From contig CAVUVW010000002.1 of NCBI GenBank assembly GCA_963745035.1, forward strand, positions 1 to 64,000: 64,000 bases of DNA, in the 5' to 3' direction. Shown piece after piece: positions 11,463 to 21,384 of this stretch (the stretch's first letter is position 1; the number at the start of each line of letters is the position of its first letter). Made by a program: the position numbers and the translations under genes. A model generated the notes under the pieces. It did no database searches. It saw only the letters and a list, made by a program, of their open reading frames with translations, and was not told the DNA's origin. The DNA is from an uncultured delta proteobacterium. GTDB taxonomy: Bacteria; Desulfobacterota; Binatia; UBA9968.

Positions 11463-12566
11463 ATGACAGAGGTCAGACAACAGAATGCAGCGGTCAGAAA
11501 TCAGAGGGAAAGAGTTAACCGCCTGGATGCGAAGTGCTTTCTCAGCGCTCTCTGCGCCTCCGCGGTGAATCCGATCTTTGACCTCCGACTTCTGATCTCT
11601 GTTCTGTGCGCTTTGCTTTTTGCGGTCTGTTTTCCGGTCGAGGCGCAGCAGCCGGAAAAAGCGCCGCGTATCGGATATTTGTCCAGCGCCACTCGACGTT
11701 CCTCACTCTCCGATGATGCCTTCCGGCAAGGACTGCGGGACTTGGGTTATATCGAAGGGAAAAATATCGTCATCGAGTACCGCTATGCGGACGGCAAGGC
11801 AGACCGCCTCGCCAAACTCGCGGCGGAACTGGTGCAGCAGAAAGTTGATGTCATTGTCACGTCAGGAGCGCCGCCAGTGATTCACGCTGCACAGCAGGCG
11901 AGCCGCACAATCCCCATTGTCATGCGCGGCACTGTCGTCGATCCTGTTGAGGCTGGATTTGTGGCTAGCCTGGCCAAGCCAGGCGGAAACATTACTGGCC
12001 TAAGTGATCTCGATTCGGATTTACATCCAAAACGACTCGAGTTGCTCAAAGAGGCCGTTCCACGAATTTCTCGTGTAGCCATTCTCTGGCCTCTGCCACA
12101 ACAAGAGCAAGCGGGCAAAAAACTCACTGCCGCGGCACAAGCGTTCGGCATCCAAATCCAATCGGTCGTTGTGACGGGACCGTCCGGATTGGAGGGTCTG
12201 GAGCGCGGCCTGTCCGCGATAAGCCGGGAGCGGCCCAATGCAGTTTTGATTGCGTCATCACAGCTGATCAATGAGCATCGGGTACGAATCGTTGAATTCG
12301 CGACCAAGAACCGCATGCCCACGATATCCGCTTCGAGCTCAATGGCAGATGTCGGAGGGCTCATGGTCTACGGTGCAAGTTCTCATGATTTGGCGCGTCG
12401 CGCCGCCACTTACGTCGACAAGATTCTCAAGGGAGCCAAGCCCGCCGACCTTCCGGTTGAGCAACCGACCAAGTTCGAGTTCATCATCAATCTGCAAGCG
12501 GCGAAGCGGATTAACGTCACAATTCCACCGAATGTTTTGGCGCGAGCGGATCGGGTGATTAGGTGA
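11463..12566 (+). CDS. COG2984 SBP copy 10
   Basis: MTEVRQQ leader; preceded by a duplicated family tail at about 11420-11466. Confidence 0.9.
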   Translation: MTEVRQQNAAVRNQRERVNRLDAKCFLSALCASAVNPIFDLRLLISVLCALLFAVCFPVEAQQPEKAPRIGYLSSATRRSSLSDDAFRQGLRDLGYIEGKNIVIEYRYADGKADRLAKLAAELVQQKVDVIVTSGAPPVIHAAQQASRTIPIVMRGTVVDPVEAGFVASLAKPGGNITGLSDLDSDLHPKRLELLKEAVPRISRVAILWPLPQQEQAGKKLTAAAQAFGIQIQSVVVTGPSGLEGLERGLSAISRERPNAVLIASSQLINEHRVRIVEFATKNRMPTISASSSMADVGGLMVYGASSHDLARRAATYVDKILKGAKPADLPVEQPTKFEFIINLQAAKRINVTIPPNVLARADRVIR

Positions 12567-12605
12567 GGCGTGAGCCGTGAGGCGAGAGGCTTGAGACGGA
12601 AAACA

Positions 12606-13589
12606 ATGAAGAGAGTAATTTGTCGCGTTGCCGTTTGCGCTTTGCTCTTTGCGCTTTGCTGTTCTGCAGAGGCACAGCCGCAAACAAAGATACCCAAAAT
12701 TGGTTGGCTTGGCGGCCGTTCACCGTCAGGACCTAGTGGCGCAGGGGAAAGCTTTCGCCGCGCGCTCCGTGAGCTCGGTTACGTCGAAGGGAAGACAGTG
12801 ACTATTGAATATCGTTACGCACAGGACAAGTTGGACCGCTTGCCCGCTCTAGCCGATGAACTGGTTCGGCTCAACGTTGACTTGCTCATCGCGCCCACGA
12901 CGGTAGAAGTCCGCGCCGCGAAGAGCGCCACCAAAACCATTCCGATTGTTTTCTATAATGTACCTGACCCGGTCGGCTCAGGGTTGATCGATAGCTTAGC
13001 GCGACCTGGAGCAAATATTACGGGTTTTAGTACACTCAATGCGCTGTTGTCTGGGAAACGGTTGGAGCTTCTTAAGGAAACGCTTCCCAAGCTCACCCGC
13101 ACAGCAGTGTTGTGGGACCCGCAGAATCCGGCCTCTGTCCAACAATGGAAAAACAGTCAACAGCCGGCCCGAGAATTGGGGCTGCAACTGTATTCCCTTC
13201 AGGTGAGCAGTGCCGACAAATACGGTGACGCCTTCAAAGACGCGGTCGAAGCACGCAGTGGCGCCATCTTGCTCACCCAAGCCACTTTGCTCGCTGCGAA
13301 CCTTCCACTGGTTGTGCAATTGACCGCAAAAAACCGCCTGCCTTCGATTTACCATGGACAGGAATACGTCACCCTAGGTGGGTTGATGTCTTACGGCCCG
13401 GACGACACCGAGCGTTTCCGCCGGGCCGCAGTGATCGTTGACAAGATCCTTAAAGGAGTGAAGCCTGCCGATCTGCCCGTCGAACAGCCAACAGATTTCG
13501 AATTCGCCATCAATCTAAAGACCGCTAAGCAGATAGGATTAGTAATTCCGCCCAACGTATTGGCGAGAGCGGATCGGGTGATTCGGTGA
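12606..13589 (+). CDS. COG2984 SBP copy 11
   Basis: MKRVICRVAV signal peptide and family motifs. Confidence 0.92.
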   Translation: MKRVICRVAVCALLFALCCSAEAQPQTKIPKIGWLGGRSPSGPSGAGESFRRALRELGYVEGKTVTIEYRYAQDKLDRLPALADELVRLNVDLLIAPTTVEVRAAKSATKTIPIVFYNVPDPVGSGLIDSLARPGANITGFSTLNALLSGKRLELLKETLPKLTRTAVLWDPQNPASVQQWKNSQQPARELGLQLYSLQVSSADKYGDAFKDAVEARSGAILLTQATLLAANLPLVVQLTAKNRLPSIYHGQEYVTLGGLMSYGPDDTERFRRAAVIVDKILKGVKPADLPVEQPTDFEFAINLKTAKQIGLVIPPNVLARADRVIR

Positions 13590-14692
13590 GCACAGGCAAC
13601 AGGCACAAGGCAACAGGCAACAGGGGCGAAGCGATCAGAAATCAGAGGGAAAGAGTTAGCCGCCTGGATACGAAGTGCTTTCTCAGCGCTCTCTGCGCCT
13701 CCGCGGTGAATCCGATCTTTGACCTCCGACTTCTGATCTATATTCTGTGCGCTTTGCTCCTTGCGCTCAGCTCGTCCGTTGAGGCGCAACAGAAGGCAAA
13801 GGCACCTCAGATTGGATGGCTCGGACTTGCTGGTTCGGGCAGTAGAATTGAGCTCTTCCGACGAGAGCTTCGTGAACTCGGCTATGTTGAGGGCAGCAAT
13901 ATAACCATCGAAGTACGAACTGCGGACGATAAAATTGACCGGCTGCGGGTGCTGGCTGAGGAGCTGACCCGTCTTAAAGTTGACGTGCTCGTGGTCCCCT
14001 CGACGCCCGGCGCCATTGCCGCGAAGAATATTACACGAACAATTCCCATCGTTTTTATCGGCTCGGCCGATCCTGTAGCAGCAGGGCTGGTGGACAGCCT
14101 GGCGCGGCCCGGGGGAAACGTCACCGGGTTCACCACCATCGGAGCCGTACTGGCTGGAAAACGATTGGAGGTGCTCAAAGAAACCGTACCCCATCTCCCC
14201 CGTGTCGCAGTACTCTGGAACTCAGACGATCCAACGAGTTTGCAACAGTGGAAAGAAAGCCAACTACCGGCACGCGATTTGGGCCTCCAGCTCGAATCCA
14301 TGGAGGTGCGCAGCACCAGTGGATTGGAGAATGCGTTCAAAGCGGCGACTAAGGCACGTAGCGCTGCTCTCGCGGTAACACACAGCGCGCCGTTCGTTTC
14401 CGCGCGGCAACGGATCGCGGAGCTGGCCATCAAGAATCGTTTGCCCGGCATCTATCCCCGGGGAGATTTTGTCGTCAGCGGCGGCCTGATTTCCTACGGC
14501 GTAGACGAGGTCGAACCCTACCGACGCGTCGCGTCGATCGTCGACAGAATTCTCAAAGGCACAAAGCCGGCGGACTTGCCGGTGGAGCAGTCCACAAAAT
14601 TCGAGATGGTGATCAATTTGAAGACGGCCAAGCAGATCGGTCTGACGATTCCGCCCAATGTCTTGGCGAGGGCAGATCGGGTGATCCGGTGA
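13586..14692 (+). CDS. COG2984 SBP copy 12
   Basis: GTGA overlap with copy 11; family motifs. Confidence 0.9.
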   Translation: MSTGNRHKATGNRGEAIRNQRERVSRLDTKCFLSALCASAVNPIFDLRLLIYILCALLLALSSSVEAQQKAKAPQIGWLGLAGSGSRIELFRRELRELGYVEGSNITIEVRTADDKIDRLRVLAEELTRLKVDVLVVPSTPGAIAAKNITRTIPIVFIGSADPVAAGLVDSLARPGGNVTGFTTIGAVLAGKRLEVLKETVPHLPRVAVLWNSDDPTSLQQWKESQLPARDLGLQLESMEVRSTSGLENAFKAATKARSAALAVTHSAPFVSARQRIAELAIKNRLPGIYPRGDFVVSGGLISYGVDEVEPYRRVASIVDRILKGTKPADLPVEQSTKFEMVINLKTAKQIGLTIPPNVLARADRVIR

Positions 14693-14730
14693 GGCGTGAG
14701 CCGTGAGGCGAGAGGCGTGAGACGAAAACA

Positions 14731-15712
14731 ATGACGAGGACTATTTGTTTCCTTGCCGTTTGCGTTCTCCTTGCGCTTTGTTTTTCTGCCGAGGGGCAGC
14801 AGGCGGCGAAAATCCCACGGATCGGGTATCTAACCGCCGACTCCCGTTCCGGCCGCGCAGACGTTCGTGCTGAGGCTTTCCGGCAGGGTTTGCGCGCGTT
14901 GGGCTACGTCGAGGGAAAAAACATTATCATTGAGTGGCGGCAGGCGGAGGGAAAACTCGATCGCCTTAGCGCCCTTGCGACCGAGCTAGTGCGTCTCAAG
15001 GTAGACGTCATCGTTACGGGTGGTCCCACAGCAACCCGCCCAGTGAAGGAAGCGACGACTACGATTCCCATTGTCATGACGCAGGATAGCGATCCTGTTG
15101 GGAGCGGCTTCGTCGCCAGCCTGGCACGTCCAGGTGGAAACATTACGGGACTGTCCAACCTTGCCTCGGAGATAAGCGGAAAACGACTGGAGCTTCTCAA
15201 GGAGATTGTTCCTAAGCTCGCTCGCGTGGCGGTCCTAGGAATGTCGACCAATCCAGGCAATTCACAATCGCTGCGAGAGACGGAACTCGCGGCAGGCGCG
15301 CTCGGAGTGCAGATTCTTTACTTGGATATGCGAGATTCCAAGGATATTGATGCTGTATTGCGAACCGCGAGCACGGAGCGCGCGGATGCAGTCCTCGTGC
15401 TGAACTTCCCAGGCAAACATTTCCCGAGGGATTTCGGACCTCGCGGTAAAGAACCGCCTGCCGGCGATCTATTATAGTGCGGGAGCCGCCGTCGACCGCG
15501 GAGGGCTTATGAGCTACGGCGTGAGCCTCACCGACTTGGACCGTCGCGCCGCTATCTATGTGGACAAGATTTTAAAAGGCGCCAAGCCTGCTGATTTGCC
15601 GGTGGAGCAGCCCACGAAGTTCGAGCTGGTGATCAATTTAAAAGCTGCCAAGCAGATCGGATTGACTATTCCACCCAATGTTTTGGCGAGAGCGGATAGG
15701 GTAATTAGATGA
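14731..15712 (+). CDS. COG2984 SBP copy 13 (indel near 15430)
   Basis: ORFs 14731-15477 and 15509-15712 join. Confidence 0.87.
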
Positions 15713-15940
15713 TTGGACAATCCAAAACCTGTGCCGAGCCATGTCGAAGTTTCGAGAATCCAAAACCTGTCCTGAGGCGATTCGGCCCAACGTGCTGGCT
15801 GAGAGAGCGGATCGAGTTACCAGCTAAGTTGAGGGTGCATATTGAAGAGTGAACTGATTACCCTGAGAGTTACCGGCTCAGCCGTTCTTGAGCGACACAC
15901 GACGATTCTGCAATCTTGGAAATCGGAATCGCTCGGTTCG

Positions 15941-16026
15941 CTAGAGATAATTTTTCAGTTGAAGGAATTTCAAACTCGGCACGGCAGGTATTTTGCGGTC
16001 GTTGGTCAGAAACGACTTGCAATCAC
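15941..16026 (-). pseudogene. C-terminal remnant of a PIN-domain (VapC-like) toxin
   Basis: Manual translation DCKSFLTNDRKIPAVPSLKFLQLKNYL* directly after the antitoxin stop; FLTND is a PIN C-terminal motif. Confidence 0.65.
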
Positions 16027-16257
16027 TCACCACTCGCGCCGTTCCCTGTTTACATGTTTGCCAGCGTCAACTTTTTTCCAAACGTCCTTTCCAAGCCCCT
16101 GGAGGTCCAAAATGGAGACGGGGGCGGCACTTTCCGTTGCTGCGCTGAGAATATGAATAACTTCTTGGGCCACAGATCTATGCTTCCGGTGCGCGCGTGC
16201 CTGAATTTTTTTGTACAAGCGATCCGGCAGATTTTTGATATTCAGAGTAGCCATCAT
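16027..16257 (-). CDS. FitA/Arc-like ribbon-helix-helix antitoxin
   Basis: MATLNIKNLPDRLYKKIQARA...RSVAQEVIHIL; ends HVNRERREW. Confidence 0.82.
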   Translation of the reverse strand: MMATLNIKNLPDRLYKKIQARAHRKHRSVAQEVIHILSAATESAAPVSILDLQGLGKDVWKKVDAGKHVNRERREW

Positions 16258-16395
16258 TTCCTCCAGAACGCCACCAGTATGGAGGACACCATAGTAACGG
16301 TTAAGTATCGAACACACCACGGTGGAAACGACTTTGGAGTAGCCCGCCAGTGTTCGAAGGGTCGAGTGTCAAGTGTCGAGTGCGGGGAGCAAAAC

Positions 16396-17385
16396 ATGAG
16401 GAGACAACTATTTTGCCTTGCTCTCTGCGCTTTATTGCTTTCGCTTTGCGTTCCGCTTGGGGCGCAGGAGGCGAAGAAAATACCGCGCATCGGCTACGTG
16501 AGGGTGGTCGGTGGCCCCTCTCCTCCCGGCCCCAACGTCGAGGCGTTTCGGCAAGGGCTACAAAATCTCGGTTACGTCGAGGGGAAAAATATCCTGATCG
16601 ACTTTCGCTACGCCGAGGGAAAGCCCGACCGTGTCCCAAGCCTTGTGGCCGACCTGGTGCAAGCCAAAGTCGATGTTCTTATTTCCGGGGACGCGCCCGC
16701 GATCCGCGCCGCCAAGCTGGCGACCACGACGATTCCGATTGTTATGGTCATCAATCAGGACCCCGTGGCCACCGGGCTTGTCGATAGCCTGGCTCGTCCG
16801 GGTGGAAACGTCACGGGCATCAGCAGGCTTACCCGCGAATTGAGCGGCAAGCGGTTGGAGTTGCTTACGGAGATCATCCCTGCGATATCCCGCGTCGGCG
16901 TGCTTTGGGACGAGACCGGCGAAGGATCCAAGATCAGTTTCAAGGAGTACCAAACCGCCGCCCGCGCCTTGAAAATCCAACTGCAATCCCTGGAGGTGCG
17001 AGATCCGGACCCCGATTTGGCCGGTGCGTTTCAGTCGGCTGTCAAAGGACGCGCCGGCGCGTTGATTACAATAGGGAATTCCTCGCTCAATCGCCGCCGA
17101 AAGCAAATAGCTTCCTCCGCCATCAAGCACCGCCTGCCTTCGATGTACGAGTCGAGTCTGTGGATAGAGCCGGGCGGCCTGATTTCTTATTCATCCGACA
17201 ATGCCGAGAGCTACCGGCGCGCCGCGCTGATGGTCGATAAGATTCTCAAGGGCGCCAAACCCGCCGATTTGCCGGTGGAGCAGCCGACGAAATTCGAGCT
17301 GGTGATCAATCTGAAAACGGCTAAACAGATCGGTCTGACGATTCCTCCAAATGTTTTGGCGCGGGCGGATAAGGTGATCCGATGA
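16396..17385 (+). CDS. COG2984 SBP copy 14
   Basis: GGGGAG RBS, MRRQLFCLAL signal peptide, family motifs. Confidence 0.92.
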   Translation: MRRQLFCLALCALLLSLCVPLGAQEAKKIPRIGYVRVVGGPSPPGPNVEAFRQGLQNLGYVEGKNILIDFRYAEGKPDRVPSLVADLVQAKVDVLISGDAPAIRAAKLATTTIPIVMVINQDPVATGLVDSLARPGGNVTGISRLTRELSGKRLELLTEIIPAISRVGVLWDETGEGSKISFKEYQTAARALKIQLQSLEVRDPDPDLAGAFQSAVKGRAGALITIGNSSLNRRRKQIASSAIKHRLPSMYESSLWIEPGGLISYSSDNAESYRRAALMVDKILKGAKPADLPVEQPTKFELVINLKTAKQIGLTIPPNVLARADKVIR

Positions 17386-18428
17386 AAGTGATCGTAAATC
17401 CTCAGTGGTCGTCGGCTGTCAGCAAAAGCATAGGAGCAAAAGCCATGACCAAATCTAATGTCTTGTGGCTCCTGGTAATTTTTCTTATTGGAACTGGCGC
17501 CCACGCCGAGGCGCAGCAGCAGGTGAAATCCCCCGCGCGCATCGGTTGGCTCTGGTACGGCTCGGCGCCGGCGACGCTACCCACCATCGAGACGGCGATC
17601 GTCGATGGACTCCGAGAGCTCGGTTACGTGGAAGGCAAGACCCACGTGTTCGAGTATCGCTTTGCGGAGGGGCGTCCGGAAAAGCTGCCCGAGCTTGCCG
17701 CCGCCTTGGCTCGGCAAAAGGTCGACATAATGATCGCTCTCGGAGGCGATATTGCAGCAGCCTTAAAAAAAGCAACGGCAACCATCCCCATCGTCGTCGG
17801 CACCAGCGATGACCCGGTGCGTGCCTCGCTCATCTCGAGCCTGGCGCGGCCGGGAGGAAACGTCACCGGGGTAAGTTTCGTCATGGATGAACTGGCGGGC
17901 AAACGCATCCAATTGCTCAAAGAAATAAATCCAAAGCTGTCGAGCTCAGGCGTGCTGTGGAATCCGGCGCATGCCGACAACGAATTGAAGGAAATACAGA
18001 TCGCTGCGGAAGAGTTCCATGTGAAACTGCGTTTGTTCAAAGTCGAGCGCATGGACGAGTTCGATAATGCTTTTGCCGCCATGAACAAAGAAACGTTCGA
18101 CTCACTGATCGTGATACCGTCGCGTCTCACGTCGCTGCGAAGAGTGCAAATTGCCGGACTAGCTTTGAAGTCGCGCATCCCAATGGCTTCGGGGTGGCGC
18201 GAGTTCTCGGAGGCGGGTGGCCTGCTTTCCTACGGACCCAACCGCGCGCAGGTCGCGCGGCGCATCGCCTACTACGTCGATAAGGTCCTCAAAGGCGCCA
18301 AGCCCGCGGATTTGCCAGTGGAAACCCCAACCAAATTTGAACTGGTGATCAATCTGAAGACTGCCCAACAAATTGGCCTGACGATTCCGCAGTCAGTGCT
18401 TTATCGGGCAGATAACGTGATTCGATAA
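17382..18428 (+). CDS. COG2984 SBP copy 15
   Basis: Intact ORF; more divergent tail IPQSVLYRADNVIR. Confidence 0.92.
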   Translation: MKVIVNPQWSSAVSKSIGAKAMTKSNVLWLLVIFLIGTGAHAEAQQQVKSPARIGWLWYGSAPATLPTIETAIVDGLRELGYVEGKTHVFEYRFAEGRPEKLPELAAALARQKVDIMIALGGDIAAALKKATATIPIVVGTSDDPVRASLISSLARPGGNVTGVSFVMDELAGKRIQLLKEINPKLSSSGVLWNPAHADNELKEIQIAAEEFHVKLRLFKVERMDEFDNAFAAMNKETFDSLIVIPSRLTSLRRVQIAGLALKSRIPMASGWREFSEAGGLLSYGPNRAQVARRIAYYVDKVLKGAKPADLPVETPTKFELVINLKTAQQIGLTIPQSVLYRADNVIR

Positions 18429-18507
18429 GAACAGGCGTGAGCCGTGAGGCGGGGCCTCAGATAGAAGCAGCGGAGTGCGGATGGAAATGCTCGAATCGAG
18501 AATGATT

Positions 18508-18852
18508 TTACGGAAACGCGAGCGTGTTCTTAAGCGCGCGGTCGACTTGCTCCATTACTGCAGCCGTCAGACTTCCCAGTTTTCTGAGGATTCGTTGTTT
18601 ATCTACCGCTTTGATTTGTTCAGTTACGACCTTCGAAGGAAACGTGAGACGAGCCGTGCCCTTTGGGATGACCACATGACTGGGGGAGAGGCGAGCCGTG
18701 TTTTTCGTCAGGGGCACGACAACAACGAGCTGACTGAAGTGGTTGGTGCTGTCATTGGAAACCACAATGGCGGGACGAGTCTTTTTGATCTCAACCGCAA
18801 TAGTAGGGTTGAGGTTAACGACGACGACATCACCCCGCCTTACGGCGACCAC
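18508..18852 (-). CDS. mazF: MazF/PemK family toxin
   Basis: RRGDVVVVNLNP...EIKKTRPAIVVSND...EQIKAVDKQR motifs. Confidence 0.9.
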   Translation of the reverse strand: MVAVRRGDVVVVNLNPTIAVEIKKTRPAIVVSNDSTNHFSQLVVVVPLTKNTARLSPSHVVIPKGTARLTFPSKVVTEQIKAVDKQRILRKLGSLTAAVMEQVDRALKNTLAFP

Positions 18853-19135
18853 TGGACTCCTCCTTCTCCAGGATGGCCCAGGCCTCGTCGTCGCTCAGTT
18901 TCCAATCGTTTATCATGTCGCGTTCCTCTTGAGCTTCGCGAGTTGACCGCTGGGCATAGTAGCGCGCGTATTCGCGCTCCATTTGTTTGCGCGACACCGA
19001 GTCAAGGAAGGCTTCGAGCATGTTCGTAATGATGCGGCTGCGGCGCGCTTTAGGAATCACTGTATTCGCCCGCTTGACCAGATCTCGAGGCAGGGAAACG
19101 CTGACGACCTCATATTTTCTCTTAGCCGACGGCAT
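18830..19135 (-). CDS. CopG/RHH antitoxin
   Basis: VVSVSLPRDLV...RSRII pattern; overlaps the toxin start. Confidence 0.8.
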   Translation of the reverse strand: MPSAKRKYEVVSVSLPRDLVKRANTVIPKARRSRIITNMLEAFLDSVSRKQMEREYARYYAQRSTREAQEERDMINDWKLSDDEAWAILEKEESSGRRKAG

Positions 19136-19167
19136 GGGACCCTCAAAGCTATATAACTTGCTTAATA

Positions 19168-19196
19168 ACGTTATTCACTAACCAAATTGAGGTCAA
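19168..19196 (-). promoter_or_regulatory. Sigma70-like promoter of the MazEF-type module with palindromic operator
   Basis: TTGACC-17 bp-TAACGT on minus strand; AATAACGTTATT palindrome over the -10. Confidence 0.55.
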
Positions 19197-19239
19197 TTGG
19201 GCGACGAGATGTCCTGGCGCGGGCGGATAAGGTGATTCG

Positions 19240-20268
19240 ATGAAAGTAGTCAGGAGTCAGTGGTCAGTAGTGAGGAGCAGCTTCTTCTGCTTCGCTCTCT
19301 GCGCTTTCCTCTTTGCGCTTTGCATTCTGCTCTTTGCGCTCGGCACGGCTGTCCACGCCCAGCAACCTTCGAAGATGCACAAAATCGGTTGGCTTGGAAT
19401 GCGTCCTGATTCAAAGGAAGTTATTGAGCTGTTCCGGCGAGAGCTTCGCGGCCTTGGCCACGTGGAAGGCAAAAACATCACGATTGAGTATCGAAACGCC
19501 GAAGGGAATGGCGATCGTCTTGTAGCGCTAGCTGAAGAATTGGTACGTCTCAAAATCGATTTGATCATCGCGCCTTCGACGACTGAAGTCCTGGCTGCGA
19601 AAAAGGTTGCTGGGACGGTCCCTATCGTCTGTCTGAGCATGGGCGATCCTGTTGCGCTCGGGCTGGTGGATAGCTTGGCAAAACCTGGAGGCAATATAAC
19701 CGGAATAACCAATGTCTCGACCTTATTGGCGGGAAAGCGGCTCGAGCTACTCAAGGAAACAAAGCCCAAGCTCGCTCGTGTCGGGATCCTCTGGAATCCC
19801 CAGGACCCCACCGACCTCCCCCAATGGAAAGAAAGTCAATCGGCTGCAAAGGACTTGGGTCTGGAGACTCATTCGTTGGAAGTAAGCAGCGGTGACAGAT
19901 ACGGCAATGCGTTTACCGCCGCGACTAAAGCACGAAGCGATTCGCTTGCAGTGATCGCAAGTCCTTTGACGCTATCTCATCGAAACCAGATTACAGGGCT
20001 GGCGGCGAAATATCGGCTGCCGTCGATATACAGTCGGGAGGACTTCGTGACTGCTGGCGGGTTGATGTCCTACGGCAGAGATCAGGCCGAACGTTATCGG
20101 CGCGGTGCAGTAATGACCGACAAAATACTAAGAGGCGCCAAGCCGGCTGATCTGCCGGTCGAACAACCAACCAAGTTCGAGTTGGTGATCAATCTCAAAA
20201 CCGCCAAGCAGATCGGCCTGACAATTCCGCCGAATGTCTTGGCAAGGGCGGACCGGGTCATCAGATGA
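19240..20268 (+). CDS. COG2984 SBP copy 16
   Basis: MKVVRSQWSVV leader; preceded by orphan tail 19209-19243. Confidence 0.92.
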   Translation: MKVVRSQWSVVRSSFFCFALCAFLFALCILLFALGTAVHAQQPSKMHKIGWLGMRPDSKEVIELFRRELRGLGHVEGKNITIEYRNAEGNGDRLVALAEELVRLKIDLIIAPSTTEVLAAKKVAGTVPIVCLSMGDPVALGLVDSLAKPGGNITGITNVSTLLAGKRLELLKETKPKLARVGILWNPQDPTDLPQWKESQSAAKDLGLETHSLEVSSGDRYGNAFTAATKARSDSLAVIASPLTLSHRNQITGLAAKYRLPSIYSREDFVTAGGLMSYGRDQAERYRRGAVMTDKILRGAKPADLPVEQPTKFELVINLKTAKQIGLTIPPNVLARADRVIR

Positions 20269-20316
20269 CATTTTAGATTTTCGATTGCCGATTTTCGATT
20301 AAAGGAAAAGGAACGC

Positions 20317-21384
20317 ATGAACGGATTGTTTCGGATTCTCTTTCTTGATTCTCAATCCGACAATCTAAAATCCAAAACCTGTGCTGAGCTACGCCGAAGG
20401 ATCAAAAATCTAAAATCGGCGGGGATTTTCGCCATCGGTGTAACCTTCGCAATGTACGGGGGGGTGGCACAGGCGCAGAAGAAAATCCCGCGGGTGGGGT
20501 TTCTCGCGGCAAGTACCGGGTCTGGGGAAAGCAGCAGACCTGCGGCGGTCAAGGAAGGTTTGCGCGAGCTAGGCTACGTGGAAGGGAAAAACATCGTCAT
20601 TGAGTGGCGGCAGGCCGAGGGAAAACTCGATCGGTTGGCTGCCTTCGCTGATGAGCTAGTCCGTCTAAAAGTCGACGTTATCCTCAGCGCTGGCTCGACA
20701 GCGACCCGTGCTGCCAGGAAAGCCACCACGACGATCCCCATTGTCATGACCCAGGATAACGATCCAGTCGGCAGCGGATTCATCGCCAGCCTGGCGCGGC
20801 CGGGCGGGAACATCACTGGGTTGTCTACTCTGCGCCCGGAGATCAGCGGAAAACGGCTGGAGCTCCTGAAGGAAATCGTTCCCGGACTCGCCCGAGTAGC
20901 GGTCCTCGGCACTTCGGGCAACCCGGGCAACGCCGAGGGACTCAAAGAGACCGAACTCGCTGCCGCCGCGCTCAAAGTGCAGATCCAATATTTGGATGTG
21001 ACGGGACTGAAAGATATTGAGAACGCGTTCCGAGATGCGCGCACCGAGCGAGCCGATGCAGTCCTCGTGTTGGGAGGCCCCGTATTCAACGTCAAGCCGA
21101 AAGAGCTTGCAGAGCATGCGGCGAAAAGCCGGCTGCCAACGGTCTATGTCAGGCAAAATTTCGTAATTGCGGGGGGCCTCATGAGCTACGGCGTGAACCT
21201 TGGCGACCTTCAGCGTCGCGCAGCTACCTATGTGGACAAAATCCTCAAAGGGGCCAAGCCTGCGGATCTCCCTGTCGAGCAGCCGACGAAGTTCGAGCTG
21301 GTGATCAACCTGAAAACAGCTAAGCAGATCGGTCTCACGATCCCGCCGAATGTGCTGGCGAGAGCAGACAAGGTGATTCGGTGA
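20317..21384 (+). CDS. COG2984 SBP copy 17
   Basis: Intact ORF with family motifs. Confidence 0.92.
   Translation: MNGLFRILFLDSQSDNLKSKTCAELRRRIKNLKSAGIFAIGVTFAMYGGVAQAQKKIPRVGFLAASTGSGESSRPAAVKEGLRELGYVEGKNIVIEWRQAEGKLDRLAAFADELVRLKVDVILSAGSTATRAARKATTTIPIVMTQDNDPVGSGFIASLARPGGNITGLSTLRPEISGKRLELLKEIVPGLARVAVLGTSGNPGNAEGLKETELAAAALKVQIQYLDVTGLKDIENAFRDARTERADAVLVLGGPVFNVKPKELAEHAAKSRLPTVYVRQNFVIAGGLMSYGVNLGDLQRRAATYVDKILKGAKPADLPVEQPTKFELVINLKTAKQIGLTIPPNVLARADKVIR

Noticed and set aside
15916-16395. Long N-terminal extension on copy 14
   Set aside because: It overlaps the antisense antitoxin, and a good RBS and signal peptide start at 16396.
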